Shown here: piece by piece, positions 1-14,401 of the stretch | How positions within the stretch are numbered: position 1 is the first letter of the stretch | How the letters are laid out: each line of letters opens with the position of its first letter | DNA from: Phyllosticta citribraziliensis | Lineage: Eukaryota | Direction of reading: 5' to 3' | Length of the DNA: 64,000 nucleotides | Assembly (NCBI RefSeq): GCF_038025025.1 | Contig: NW_027117351.1 | Coordinates: forward strand, 1-64,000 | Position numbers and translations under genes: made by a program | The notes under the pieces: generated by a model | Seen by the model: only the letters and a program-made list of their open reading frames with translations | What the model was told of the DNA's origin: nothing | Databases searched by the model: none

Positions 1-442
1 CCATGATTTGTTGGGCCGACATTTCGGGCTCAGCGTTCTCCAGTTGCGCAGTTCCGCACAGGTAAAATGTTGCCGTCAACACAAAGTCAGCGTAGTCGTG
101 TGGGGCGATGCTTTGCTGAAATGGCACTTTCAGCGGCTCCGGAATTTGAAGGATGCATGACAAGAAGAGCATCTTGGGTTGTGAAGTCAAAAGGCAGGAT
201 GACTGCTCGAGTGGACTAGCTGTAGCATCAAGACCAAATCGGGAGGCACGACAAGACAGCGACCTTCCAAACGGCAACAGATCTCACAAAACGCACTTTC
301 AGGAAAGAGCAAGATTTTTCGCTTTATTTCAAAACTCTCTTCTATCATCCAGCAGTGGCCCTTCTTCATATTCCGTACCAGTTGCCCGGCGAGACATCAT
401 CCGGGTCCCGTTCTATCATTATACCTTTAACCCCCAAAGTGT

Positions 443-1085
443 TCAGAGTACCGTAGTATTCGTACATGTTGGTCGATTAGACAATACATTTGCACACCCC
501 AGCAAGAGAGAGGGTGGGTGATGTTGATCGCAGAATGGGGAAATTCCGCTTGTGCTCAAACTCAAAGCGTACTTGGTCAGTATGGTTGCGTGATGTTGTT
601 TGTGCAACACCGAGGATGAAACCTTGGAAACCTCGTGGCTAATGTTCACATCTGATGAGATGGACTGTTCGCGGTGGATGCATGGGCTCCTTGCTTTTGG
701 GCAATGGCCCTGGGCCTCCGCTGGGGTAGGGTCTTGCGAACGACGAGACCCGCCATGAGCGGTGCCACCATTCCCATTAGCAGTGGTATTCCTCGCCATG
801 GATGGTCCTCCCTGACGCGAATTGGTGTCGTCTCTATTGTCCGATTGTTGCGAGTTGCTGTTGTTGCTGTTGTGATTGTTGCCTCCAAAAAACTGCGGCT
901 GCGGCGGGTCGTCTTCGATCGAGTCGAAGATGTCCTTGTGAGGTCTGCCGTGCGCAACATCTTCGAGAATCCGCCACGCGCGGCGAATTCCTCGCGGATG
1001 GCAACTATTCCTTGGTGGCTGACGGTGCGACCGACGTTGTGGGTCGAGTTCGAATGGGTCTTGTATGCAGACCAGGTAGCGATAA
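443..1085 (-). pseudogene. 3' remnant of Cid1/Cid13-like non-canonical poly(A)/poly(U) polymerase (PAP/25A-associated domain)
   Basis: Minus strand 1085-960 reads YRYLVCIQDPFELD/(+1)HNVGRTVSHQGIVAIREEF/(-1)RRAWRILEDV. This matches the fungal Cid13-family motif RYLxxIEDPFExDHNVARTVxHxGIVAIRDEFRRAW. The frame runs on into ORF 443..799. The 5' part is lost at the RIP block edge. Confidence 0.75.
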
Positions 1086-1229
1086 CCCTTAGGGAAGGAG
1101 GTCTTAAATATAGTAGTACCTTATAGTAGTCCTTAAGAGGGTCTTTAGAGTTAGAGTCTAATTTTATAACTTAGTTAAGTCTATAGCTAGAGTAAAGTCT
1201 CTCTCTAAATAGGGGTATAGGAGTTTAAA

Positions 1230-4200
1230 TATTATACTCCTTTTATTATAGAGGAGGGCGCCTTTTATAGATTAATATTAAAAATATCTTAACTATAGGT
1301 TACTCTTTTAAAATTAGGCTTTTTAAAGGTATAATAGGTTTTTCTTAAAAGTTATCCTCTTATTATAGGAATCTTTTAAGCTATTTTTTTAAATAGATAC
1401 TTTAAAGCTAAGCCCCTCTCCTTTTTAGTTCCTTAAAGTAATAGGTATCTATATAATAGTTAACTTAAAAGATCTTATAAGGGCCTTACTATTAAAACTA
1501 TATCTTTTTATTATAGGCTATTTCTAGTATTAAGTTTTTTAAAAGTACTATATCTCCTTTATTTAGGATATTAGTACTAAGATAGATATTATAAATATTA
1601 TCCTAGTATTTTATAGCTATAATTCTTTATTAATAGGTATATAAGGTAATCTTAAATAGTTACTAGTCTTATTATTTAATCTATTAGGTCTAAAGGGTAA
1701 GGAGGTTAGTATTATTCTATATTAAAGACTAAGGTAAAGCCTATTAAGAAAGGATTTCTAGCTTAATTAAAAGAATTATATTATACCTATATACTAGTTC
1801 TACTAGTATTAGACTAGTAGTTCTTTAAGTAGTAGTATAGTCTACTTAAATAATAGTTAATAAGTAGAATATCTAATATCTACTACTATTTTAAATAAGT
1901 TTTAAAAGGGTATTAAGGATAGGTTAATAACCTTACTTAATAAAGCTATTAGCTATTAAGTAGTAGGTACTTATTAAGTAGATATTAATACTATATTTAA
2001 TTTAAAGGGCTTCTACTACTACTTTATTTTTAAGGCCTCTATTTTAAGTAATTTAAGTAGGATATCTATATTAGTAGATAATATCTTTATAAATAAACTT
2101 TATTATTTTAGAAGAGTTAGCTATTTTTATAATAGCTACCTTAACTTATCCTAAGACTTTTTCTTAAATAATAGTATATTTTAATTTTCTATTACTTTTA
2201 GTAATATAGGTTATATTAATTACCTATTAAGATATTAGAGTAGTTATATAGGAGACTTTTAAAGATTCTTTAATATAATAAGATACTTATTACTAATATT
2301 TTAGATAGGATTTAATAAATTAATAGATATCTTTATAAAGAGTATTTTAAAAGTAGAGTTTTAAAACTTTAGCTAAAGTAGCTTTTAGACCTTAGTAACT
2401 ATTTTTATTATAAATACTTTTCTAAATAGCTTATTATTAATTAGGGCTATTAATAACCCTATAGAGTAGTAAGTTTTAAGTTACCTTTTTAAATAATATC
2501 TAGTTATAAATAATAAATTTAAGGGCCTACTTCTTAAAGGATTTAAATTTAGCTTAATCTAAATAAGGAGGATACTAAAGTATAATAAGCTATTTAGTAA
2601 TTATAAGATATTTTTTAGTTAAATATAACTTATTAAGTAGGGATTAAATTAGAGGAATTTCTAGTAATATTACTTTAAACTAGTTTAGAGTATTATTTAA
2701 TATATCCCTATTTTCTTTATTATTATTATTAAGCTAGATAGGGTATACTTTAATATTATATATAAATAATTAATTCTATATCTAGTTATTTATATCTTAT
2801 AAAGGTATAGGGTCCTCCTTATTATCTAGTAGTTACTTAAAGATTAGATTTTAAAAAAGTCTATCTATTACTAGGTTCTTTCTTCTAGGGATATAATAAA
2901 TATTAAAGTCTATTAATTAGATCTAAATAAGCTAATAAGTTATAAGTACTTTAAGGAGATCTATTACTATCTTATTAATTTAGGCTACTAATATAGTATA
3001 ATTAGTCTTAATAGTAAATTTTATTATATATAGTTAAGACTTAAATTTCTTTAGGCTATTAAGGAGAGCCTTATATTTAAGTTTTTTAGAGTTATAGTTT
3101 TATTCTATAGAATTCTATATTCTACTTTTATAATAATAAGGGTATCTTTTATTATTATTTCTAATTTAAAGGAGGTAGCCTCCCTAGCTAATATTAAAAG
3201 TATTAACTATTAAAATAATTTCTCTAGCTCTTTTATTATAGTTAATTAATTTAAGTACTAGTACCCTTATTAGGCTCTTCTTTAAAGAGTCTATTAAGTC
3301 TTATTCTTTAAGGCCCTAAGTAAATTCTACTAATTATTAAAGGAGATTAAATAATAGAGTAGCTACTATAGTATAGTTTTTAATCTAAATATAATAGTAG
3401 GTATATATTCCTAAAAATATTCTAATATAGTATTTATTTTTATATTTTAGCTAGTCTATAATAGTAGTAATTTTTAATTAGTAAGGCTCCCTTCTATTTT
3501 CTTTATAGATATATCTAATAATTATAACCTTAGGGTAATAGAACTAATATTTTAGTACTAAAATAGTATATCTAGTAAGTTTAAGTTCTAGTAGAGTAGT
3601 ATCTAGATTAAGTAGGTATTTAAGAATATATTATTAAACCTTAAAAACTACTATCTTATTATTATACTTAGTCTTTAGTCTAGCTACTCTAATATTATTA
3701 AGATAAGGTCTAGCTGCTTTTTTAAAAATCTAGTAAAGAATAAATTCTATAACCCTTTAAAATTAATCTAGTAAGTTAGTTACTCCTTAAAGAAGGGTTA
3801 TTTAATAGAAGAGGCTAAGGCTTATTTAAAAAGTTATTAAGTCTTAAGAGTTAATATAGAGACCTATTTAATTATAGCTAAAGAGGAAGTTAAGGATACT
3901 AAGTAGTTATATATCTATAAACTATTTAGAATATTTATCTATTATTAGAGATTAGTATATATTATAGATAGTTTAGGTATTAACTTATTATATATTATTA
4001 ATTATTTTATAGATTTTTAAAGATTTCTTTTCTACTAGGAAAACCCTATTTTAATAGCTTATTTAATTATATTTAAGTATTCCTTTTATATAATATTTAT
4101 ATACTATTTCTTTAAAAATACTTTAAAGAGCTTAAGGAATATAGTATCTCTTTACTTATTAAGCTTTATAAGGAATTATCTTAATCTTTTATAAAGATAC

Positions 4201-6900
4201 TACTACTTTATTTACCTTATCTATTTTTTAAAAGGTCTAGGCTAGGGTTTCTTCTTAGTTAAATAGGATTTTAAGTAGGATTACTTTTTCTTATTCTTAT
4301 AGACTATTCTATATATAGAGTTTATATAGTTATTCTTTTATAAGATAAGATCTAGTCTAAGTAGTTATAAATTATAGGATAAATCTAAGATAGCTATAAG
4401 GACTTAATTCTATAGATATTATTATAAGTACTTTTTCCTATACTTTTACCCTTTATTCTAAATTAACTTCTAGTACTTAGGTAAAAGGTCTAGTATTATT
4501 AACTAGTTTTATTTTATTTACTTTATTTTTATAGGTAGTATTAACTCCCTAACCTTAAGAGATAAAAGATTTATAAATCTTATTAAGTAGCTATTATTCT
4601 ACCTTAAATTCTTTATTTTCCTCTTATTATCTAGTAAATAGTAAGATATTAAAAGGCTATTCTTAACTATCTTTAGCTTCTTTTTATTTAATTTTAAAGT
4701 AATTCTTTTCTATAATAAGAGAGTTAGGTATAACTATAAAAATTCTATCTTATTCTTTAAGTAATAAGCTAAATTTTTTAAACTTAGAGTTAAGGAATAA
4801 AGGTAGATTATATTAGTCTAATAAAGGGATTATTAATATAGAAAAGAATAAGAAAGGTATAGACTTTAAACTTTAAATTAAACTTTTAAATAATAGCTTA
4901 AGCTATACTTAATTTCTTAAGTTAATTATCTATTAGAGAAGGAGAGATAGAAATTAATATAGCTCTTACTATTTAAATAGGTAAGTTATCCTTTAGTAAG
5001 TCTATTTAGGAAAAGATTTAATATAAAACCTACTTAGTAGAGCTAGAGTAATTTAAGAAGAATTAGTTAAGTTATTTTTTAGCTAATAAAGAATACTCCT
5101 TTAAAAGGTACTCCTCTAACTAAAATAGCTAAATCTAGTATTTACTATTTAAAGGGTTCTCCCTTTTATCTACTTATACTAACTATTATATTATCTTAAA
5201 GCTTATTAGGTATATCTATAGTTATAATACTACTTATTTCTATAATATCTTATTAAATTATATTAATCTTAGCTCTAGTATTTAGAAGAGCTTTTATATT
5301 ATATAGTATCTTAATACTAATTAGAATATATAGAAGATTATAATAGAATAGAATATAACTAGTACTCTACTTATCCTTAAAGACCTTAGTACTTATTAGA
5401 CTAGGGGTATAGTTATAGTAGATTTCTCCTAGGTACTATTCTAGCCTATAGGTAAAGGTATTAATATAGAACTTCTATTTCTTTTTCTTTAGTTCTATAG
5501 GAGTAGAACTCTTACTATAAATCTTTTTAAATCTAACTAGTAAGGTAGTTAGAATAGGTTCTAAAAGTAGTTATTAGTCTTAATTAAATTTCTAGATCCT
5601 TAGTTCTATACTTAATACTAAGTAGTTAAAATCTAGACCTTCTAGATAGAGCTAAATATAGTTATACTTAGTAACTTATATAAGAACTTATCTAGGCTAC
5701 TTAACTTCTACTACCTAACCTCTTTCTTAGTAGGTAATTTTTAAGGGTTTATTTAAGTTAATAATATAATCTATCTATTTCTTTTTATAGATAATATTTA
5801 CTTCTTTATAGACTCCTCTATTAAAGATAAAGCTATTTATTCTCTTTTAAAACTCTTTTTCTATATAGAAGTACTAATAACCCTATTCCTTTATAAGCTA
5901 TAAGAGAGCTTCTAGACTAGCTTTTTCTTCTTCTATCTAATTACTCTAAACTAGTTTAGAGTTTTTAGGTTATAATATTACTTTAGATAATCTAGTTAAT
6001 ATTAAGGGTAGATTTAGTTTAAAATACCTATATATATTCTTATTAATCTAGTTAGAGGATTCTTAAATCTACTTTTAAGTATAATTAAGCTAATACTTAA
6101 GGTATTAAATAATTCTTTTTAATATATAAAGCCTAATCTATCTATCCTTAATAATTTTTCTTTTATACTAGTATTACCTTATTCCTAACTATTTTATATA
6201 ACTTAGGACTTCTTATATATTATTATTATTTAATAAGTCTTCCCCTTTCTAGTAGTATCTTAGGATAATTCTTAGAAAGATTAGATAGAATAGTTTTCCT
6301 AGGCCTAGTAAGTATAATTTTATAGTATTAAACTCCTTTATAGGTTTATTAAAAATCTTATTCTAGTAAGTAGCTTATTCTTTTTCTTTAATTTAATTAT
6401 TTATAATCCTTTCTATAAGCTTAATAAAGTACTTAGCTATAGAGATTATATAGTTATTATAGAGTCTACTCTTTTTATCTAACTTAGTTCTTCTATTATT
6501 AACTAGAGTTATTATCTTAATACTAACTTTTTCTTTATTAATTAAGGAACTATATATTTTAATTAGATCTATATCTATTTTAATAGGGGTTTTACTCCTT
6601 CTTAGGTTAATTTAAATAGTACTAATAATATTTTTAATAGTCCTTATTAGGATTCTTTTAATATTAAACCTTAAATATAGAAGCTTTTCTATAATAGGTT
6701 TAAGCTTATTCTATTCTAAGAAGCTTTTAAGTTAATTAAAGAAGTTAATTACTATCTCCTTCTATAATAATTAGAAGAGAGAGTTAATAAGAAGTAGAAA
6801 GTAGGTATTAGACTAAGTATTCTTATTACTAAAGGGTCCCTTTTTAGGGGCTACTTTTATATCTTATATATCTATATTATTACCTTATATCTAGGGTAGA
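1230..6900 (-). mobile_element. RIP-degraded Ty3/Gypsy LTR retrotransposon (gag-pol body)
   Basis: Reversing RIP changes on the minus strand near 3660-3860 gives ...TTLPQGATN...RPYLDDIGVAGPKTKY (RT YxDD motif). Near 2450-2600 it gives a pre-integrase segment, EFESFKKQALKF. Ends are approximate and no LTR pair was confirmed. Confidence 0.75.
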
Positions 6901-7880
6901 GTAACTCTAAAGTTCTAGTAAAAGATTAGTTAATTAATTTAGTCTATTATTAGTAGTCTATTTTATAGTAAAAAAGCTAGAACTACCTCCTATTCTTCTT
7001 TAAGCTCCTTAAAATAAGGATTTCTATATACCTTAGCTCTTTTAAAGGCTAATTTAATACCTACTTTTAGATCTATAGTCTTTATTAGTTATTTAATTCT
7101 TCCCTTCTAGATCTTATTAGGCTAAAGATATTAGGGACTATAAATATTTCTATCTATACTAATAGTATTTATCTTAAAGTAGTTAACTTTAAAGTTACTT
7201 ATAATTCTTAGGTTACTAGAGAAGAAGATATCTATTTCTTAGTCTAGCCTATAATAGAGGTTATAGAAGTAGGTAATATTACTCTAAATATTTTTTATAA
7301 GTAGCTTTTAGTACTTATAAATTAGATAGCTATATTATTTTAACTCCTATCTAATAGCTTCTAGCTTTTTTATACTAAAGTCTCTTAGAATAATAATTAA
7401 GAGTATTAATAGGGTAAAGTCTTTAGCTTTTCTAATAAAGAAATAGTTATTCTTATATTTATATATCTAGCCTTAGTCTTTATAGAACTTAATTTCTAGA
7501 TAGTTTTAAATAAGATATCTACCCTCTCTATATATAAAATAAGTAGGTTATCTATTCTATCTATTAGGTAGTCCCTCTATATAATTATTTATAGGATATT
7601 ATTAGTTATTTAGAGGAGCTAAGAAGTTCTAATTATTTTATTAAGGCCTAGTTAAAGGATTATATTTATATAACTAAGAGTATATATAAGTAAGGTAATA
7701 GTAATAAAGATCCTTATTAGTATATATATAAGTAAAGTAAGGGTTAAATTTAAGAGTTCTTTAGGCTTTAGCTATATTAATATTAAGATAGGAAAACTAT
7801 TTATAGAGTTCTTCTATATTCTTTATACTAGGGTTTAATTCTTAGTATAAAGAGTTTCTAAAATTATTAATAACTACCTT

Positions 7881-10496
7881 ACTAGGGGGTCCTTCTTTAA
7901 AGGCTATAGGTTTTATAAAGGTAGAAGGTTTAATATATTTATTTAATTTAAGATCTAGAATAATTTTTTTATATAGTTTAAGGTCTAGCTTAAGATATTA
8001 TAAGAGTAAATACTTAGACTAATAAGTTAAGTTATTAGCCTAGACTTATTTTAATATTTTAGTAATTTCTTTAGCTCTATTTATATTCTTAACTAGTTTA
8101 TCCTAGGACTAGTTATCTCTTTTACTTTATATAAAATTATACTTCTTAAGAATCTATACTATATCTTTATCTAGATAGCTCTTAAAGAATAATTTAATCT
8201 ATTAGATTTCTATTATAAATCCCTTTTTCTTAACTAGTTTAGAGTCTATTTTATATACTTACTAATACTAATAAAAGTACTTCTAGTTATTTTAAAGATT
8301 CTTCTTTTCCTTTATAAAGTAGTAAAGCTACTTTAGAGTTTCTTTATCTTTCTTTAGGTCTCCTTTAGAATAGTTAGTAAGGAACTATTTTTTAAAGGCT
8401 TTTTAATTCCCCTCCTTCCTTATCTTTTTAGTTTTAACTACTTAGTAGTTATCCCTTCCTTTAAAATACTAAACTAATTCTATATATTTAGCCTAGTTAT
8501 TATATCTATAAGAGTTAAGAAGATATTTAAAGTTATATATCTACTTTATAGCTTATTTCTTAATAAAGAGTAGGTAGGTAGTAGTTTTATACTTTAAGAG
8601 TAGTTATTTAATTATAATAGCTTATTATAGTAGGGATATTTTTCTACTAGAGATTAAAGTTTAATAGATATTAATATAGCTAAGAAGTACCTAGAACTAG
8701 TTAGGGGTAAAGGTATAACTAATAACTAGAAGGGATCCTATAGTTCTAGTATTATATTATAGAGTCTTAGTTCTTCCTATTTAATCTCTTAATAATAAGT
8801 TAAATTATATCCTATTATTATTAAAAAGTAGTAATAATATTCTTTAGAGAGAGGGTAGAAGATAAGTTTAAAGTTAGTTTTAAAGTTTTAAAGGGTCTAT
8901 TTAAGAGTAATCTTTTTAAGAGATAACTTAACTTATTTAACTTAAGTACTTTTAGTAATCTTCTTAAGTTCCTATAAGTCTTAGTTAAATTTAAGTATTA
9001 GTAAAGGATCTTAGGTTTTTTAAGGTTAAATAATAAGGGTTTAAACTAGTAGGATTTAAATAAGGTAATATAAAGATATTACTTAAAACTAGTTTTAAGT
9101 AAATAAGATATATTTTTAGTAATTTTATTTAAGATTTAAAAAACTTAATAAGATATAATAACCTAATTAAAGATATAATATAGTAGGTACTCTAGCTAGA
9201 AATAATAAGGTCTTAAAAACTAGAAGTAAGGTTACTCTAAACCCTAAAAGCTTCTTACTTTACTTTAAGTTTTCTTTAATAAAGGGTAAAAGAACTAAAA
9301 GATAAAAATAGTTAATTAAAGTAGATTAAGCTAAAGTTACCTTATAGATATTATTTAATTAATCCTTTTTATATCTTATATCTTACTTACTATTTAATAT
9401 TAATTTCTAACTATTACTTACTCCTTCCTCTTATATATTTCCCTCTATTATATATAGCTACTATAACCTTATATACTTTACTTATCTCTTTTATATATAG
9501 TTATTTCTTTCTCTTCCTTTAGTACTCCTTCTCTTTATATAACTACTCTAAATTATAACCTTCTTAGTTAAAGTCTATCTTAAACTACTAGTAGTTTCCT
9601 TATAATTACTTTAAATTAAGTCTATCTTAGATATTTTTCTACTTATATTAATTACTAATATAGCTAATCCCTTTTCTCCTTCTTAAAAAAAGGGTTAAGC
9701 TTAGTTATAAAGGTCTTATTATATACTTAGTTTTTATTAAGAAGGTCTTAATATTTAAAGTTACTTTTAATCTTTATTATATTTCTATTTTTATAGTTTA
9801 GATTACTATTTATAGTATTTTTTAAAAAGGATATTATTAAGGTTATAAGTAAGGCTAAAATTCCTTAATATTTTTAGTATAGTTTTCTAGTCTAGATTTA
9901 CCCTTTTAAATATACTAAGTAGGGTACCTAGTATACTATCCTCCTAGTATAGTTACTAATTTTATTAGCCTAGAGAGGGACCTTAAAAAAGTAACTCTAC
10001 TAGTAAAGACTCCTTAATAAAAACTATCTCTTAGAAAATTATCTAGTTTAGTAAAGGGAGATTAATTATATAACTAATTATATAACTTTATATAAAAGCT
10101 TAGTTCTTTAGAAGTACTCTATTTAGTAACTCTAAAAATTATAGCTCTATTCTTTATTCTATAATAAACTTCTATAAATAGCTCTTTTAATCTTTCTATT
10201 ATATATACTTTTTAGTAGGGACTAAGATTTATTTTCTCTAAAATAGTATAGAGTTTTTAAAATAGGGGTTTTAGAGTTTAAATAAGTAGAAAAAGGTATT
10301 AAATAAAGGAGAGAAAAACTATACCTTAAGTAGAAACTTTTTTAGTATAAAAAGAGTATCTTAATTCTTTACTCCTTCCTTTAAATTAAGTCTAAGAGGT
10401 CTAACTATATACTTCTTCCTTAATCTCTATATATTATATAATATTAGTAAGCCTAAGGTAGTTTTTAAGCTAAGTCTATTCTACTATCTTATACTA
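7881..10496. mobile_element. Unclassified ~2.6 kb RIP-mutated repeat, copy 1
   Basis: Collinear with 14402-17016 from 'actagggggtccttctttaaaggctatagg' to 'taagctaagtctattctactatcttatacta'. Differences are mostly transitions. Confidence 0.85.
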
Positions 10497-13400
10497 TCTA
10501 CTCTATCTACTATTAATTTATCTTAGTATAGGGTTTAAATATAAATTACTTATAGAGTAGTAATTAATTAGAGCTAATAGTTAGGAGTTATTTATAAGCT
10601 AAGTATAGTATTTTATCTATAGACTAATAGGTAGATAGAATACTAAAACTAGGAGCTAGAGATATACTTATATATATATATTAACTATAAATAGTCTAAC
10701 TAGGCCTTTAGGCTTAGAGAAGCTACCTTTACCTATAATAGTAAGGTATATTTTATAATAAAGTTTACTCTAATCTACTTAGCCTTTAGCTAGGTACTAA
10801 ATATCTCTAATAGTATACTAGATACTATACCCTAAATAGGGGGGGGGACTAATAAGGATACTATAAGATATCTAGTTAAAGATAAAGGAGCTACTATAGG
10901 CCCTAATATTTCTATACTACTTAACTTAAAATAAGCCTAGTAGGTAGAGAGCTACCTCTACTAGCTAGTATAGACTTATAATAAGGCTAGAAGGTATATT
11001 AAGTATACTAAAATACTTTAAGCTAAGTATACTAATTACTACTAATTAGATAAATAGTTTAATATAGGGGATAAGGTACTTTTCTTATTAAAAAATATCT
11101 ATACTAAGTAGCTAATAAAGAAGCTAGATACCTAATATCTAGACCCCTTTTCTATTACTTAGTAGTATAGTAGGATTATATATAAACTAGAACTCCTATT
11201 AAGTATAGTAAGAATCTATCTAATATTCTATATCTTCCTACTAGAGCCCTATTAGAGCCTAGTAGATACTAAACTACTCCCTATTAAGATTAATAATAAG
11301 AGTAATAAGTACTAAGAAATAGAAATAATTATAGACTATAAGCTTACTCTTAAAGAAGTATAGTACTATATTAAGTAGATAGGCTACTTAAATAAGTTTA
11401 ATAAATAGATATATAAGAATAGCCTAGAAAACTACTAAGAAGTACTAGATATATATAAGTCCTCCTATAATATTTTAAGAAACCTAACTAAATATAAGTA
11501 AATAGTACTTAAGAGGGTAATAAGTAGGCTAGTAGTAGTAGTCCTAGTAAAGTATAATTAGGGGTAATCCCTAGGGTTAAGGAATAGGCTAAAAGGGCTA
11601 ATAGCTATAATTAAGGACCCCTTTAAAACCCTTTAAGAAGCTAATAGTAGGCTAGAGGATAGAAGGGACTACTTAAGTAGTAACTTAAGTAGTAATATAG
11701 AATTATTAAGCTAGGAGGAGTATAATAATAGGTTATAAGGAGCTAGAAATAGAATAATAAGTATAAATAAGAGGGAAGTAAGTATATCTTAAAAACTATC
11801 CTATAACTAGCTACTATAGCCTAATATAAAAGTAGAGCCTTCCTCTACTAACTATACCTATAAAAGAAACTATAACTACTATAGAGGTATTAAAAAGGAC
11901 CTAAAAACTCTATTAACTAGGGCCTATTAGGACCTAGGCTAAGAAAAACCTAAATAAAAATAGAAGAAAGAACCCTATCCTCTAACTTAAATACTATAGT
12001 AAAGAGTATTATAGTAAGAGGAGGTAATATATATATATAATAGCTAGAGCTATTTAAGCTATATATTTACTATAATATTAGTAGAATTATTAGGGCTAAA
12101 GAAACTACCTACTCTCTATAAAGATTAGTTAGAATAGTAAAGCTAAATAGGGCTTAAAGGGTAATAACTTACCTATTAATACTTCTATATAGTATAATAA
12201 CTTATATAGTAATAATAACTATACTTTATAACTATTATTTCCTCTACCTTTATATAACTACCTAGGGTCTTAGTAAAGTTCTATATTATCTAGTCTAGGG
12301 TATTAAGGTAGCTAAACTAAGATACTAATAGATAGATAAATAGATTATTATTAGCTAAAGTAGCTATATTATAGGTATTATTCTCTAAAAGCTTACTAGT
12401 ATTTAATAACTTAGTATTAGAGTATACTAGAGGAATATATATAGCTACTATACTAGTAGCTAATAGGGGGCTAGTTAATAATAAACTAGTACCCTATATT
12501 TAAGTCTAGGTCTAGTAATAAGGTAGTACTACCTAAGAAGTAATAGTATAAATTATACTCTAGATTAGGTACTTATACTTCTCTAAAGTAATATTTACTA
12601 TATAGTAGAAATAGTTATTAATCTAAGAATAAAGTAAGTAGGTAAAAACCTAATAGTACCTAAATAGTATATCTAATTATACTAATTAGCTACTAAGGTA
12701 TAGTATATATACTTACTACTACTACTAATAGCTATATTATAGCTAATAAATAATATAGTAATCTAAGCCTAGATAATTATAGGATCCCTATATAAGATTA
12801 GCTATATAAAACTAGTAGATAATAGGTAAAGGTAAACCTACTAAAGGTAAGCTTAAGACTTATAGCTACTAGAGCTAGTAGAACTACTATTTCTATTAGA
12901 TAAAATACTAGGCGCCTTATACTTATAAGATAAGGTCTATAGCTTTAGAATAGGTACTAAAGAGTTACCTAGTAGTATCTAACCCTAATACTAGATATAG
13001 TAAGAATAGCCCTAATATACTAAGAGTAGCTAAGGTTAAAAGTATACTAAGAGGCTATCTATAGTAGTATATATAGAGTAAGTAGGAGCTATAATCTATA
13101 TAAGAGGAAGAAGTAGAAGGGTAAAAATTAAGTATAGAGAAAGATTTAAGACTAGAGGGTATAATACCTATTTATACTTTAATAGGTACTAACTCTATAT
13201 CTATAACTAAACTACTAGGCTAGTTATACTTAGATAGGTATATAAATAACCCTAATAGATACTAGAGGTATATAGTATAGAGGCTATAAGGGCTCTAGCT
13301 ATAAGCTATAATATAGTCTAGTAACTTTTACTATACTCTAAGAGAGAAGCTCCCTAGTATTAAAATAAAATAATACTATATAATAACTAAAAATTAAGAC

Positions 13401-14099
13401 CTATACTAGCTAGCCTAGAAGATACCTAGAGGTCCTTAATATAAAAATAGCTAGCTAATAAGATAAGCCTAGAAAATAAAGGATAAATAGCCTATCCTTA
13501 GTAGCCTATAAGGGAATAAAGAACTTTAGCCTAAAGAACTAGATTATAAGGCGTATAATATAAATATAGCTACTATAAAGTTATAAATAACCTAGTAGTT
13601 AATAGAAAATAGACTCCCCCTTATAGGGAAAGGGGCCTAGCTACTACTATTTATAATAGCTAGACCTAACTAGAGGGCTATAAGGACCCTAAAGAGTTAT
13701 AATATAAATAGTAGTCTAGCCTATTATAAAAACTACTAGAGAGGCTAGAATACTCTTTAAAAGGCTAGCCTATTATAATAGCCTAATAGCCTATTATAAT
13801 ACTACTTATAACCCTCTAGAAAAAGGGGCGTATTAGGAGTAGAGGAACTAAAAGACTAGAAATAGCCCTTTTTAAAGGGGGGGATAATATAATACTAGCT
13901 CTTACCCTTATTAAGGAGGAACCTATATAGGGGCTATATAGTAGCTACTTAGGTCCTAAGAGGGCTATAAGGCTAAGTAAGGAATATATAAAACCCCTAG
14001 CTAGGCTAAACTATTAGAAACTAAGGTTTTATCTATTATCTAAGATACTAAATATATTATTCTTACTTAATTTAACCCCCTATAGTACTAAATCTTATA
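10497..14099 (+). mobile_element. 3' half of RIP-mutated chromoviral Gypsy element (integrase end, chromodomain, PPT, 3' LTR)
   Basis: De-RIPed motifs: FHPQTDGQTERQNQELE (~10612-10665), KKLDARYLGPF...IHPTFHVSLLEP (~11118-11250), chromodomain-like WEIE..VKW.GY (~11310-11410). PPT aaaggggggga lies at ~13874-13884 and the LTR at 13888-14099. The 5' part is truncated by the 2.6-kb repeat. Confidence 0.85.
13888..14099 (+). repeat. ~212 bp LTR (family A)
   Basis: Immediately follows the polypurine tract. Recurs at 27434-27644 (+) and 27697-27908 (-). Confidence 0.85.
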
Positions 14100-14401
14100 A
14101 AAATATTTCTTTATTAATACTACTTATATAAATAAAGTCTTTTATACTTAGTTAAACTATTATCTACTAAATACTTAGTTATTTATTTATTTATACTTAT
14201 TATTTATACCTAAATCTTATACTACTTAGATAGTAAAGTAATAGCTAGATAGTAGCTTATTTTAGTTAGTTTAGTAGTTATTTTATTCCTATTCTATAAA
14301 GCCTACTTATTTACTACTAGTTACTATCTCTTATACCTCTTCTAGTACTAGTATTTTAGCTAGCTAAGTAAGTATATTAGTAAGTAGCTAGTCCTACCTA
14401 T

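Noticed and set aside
1083..1236. Putative 3' LTR of the first Gypsy element
   Set aside because: A weak PPT-like tract is adjacent, but no second copy was found in the window to confirm it.
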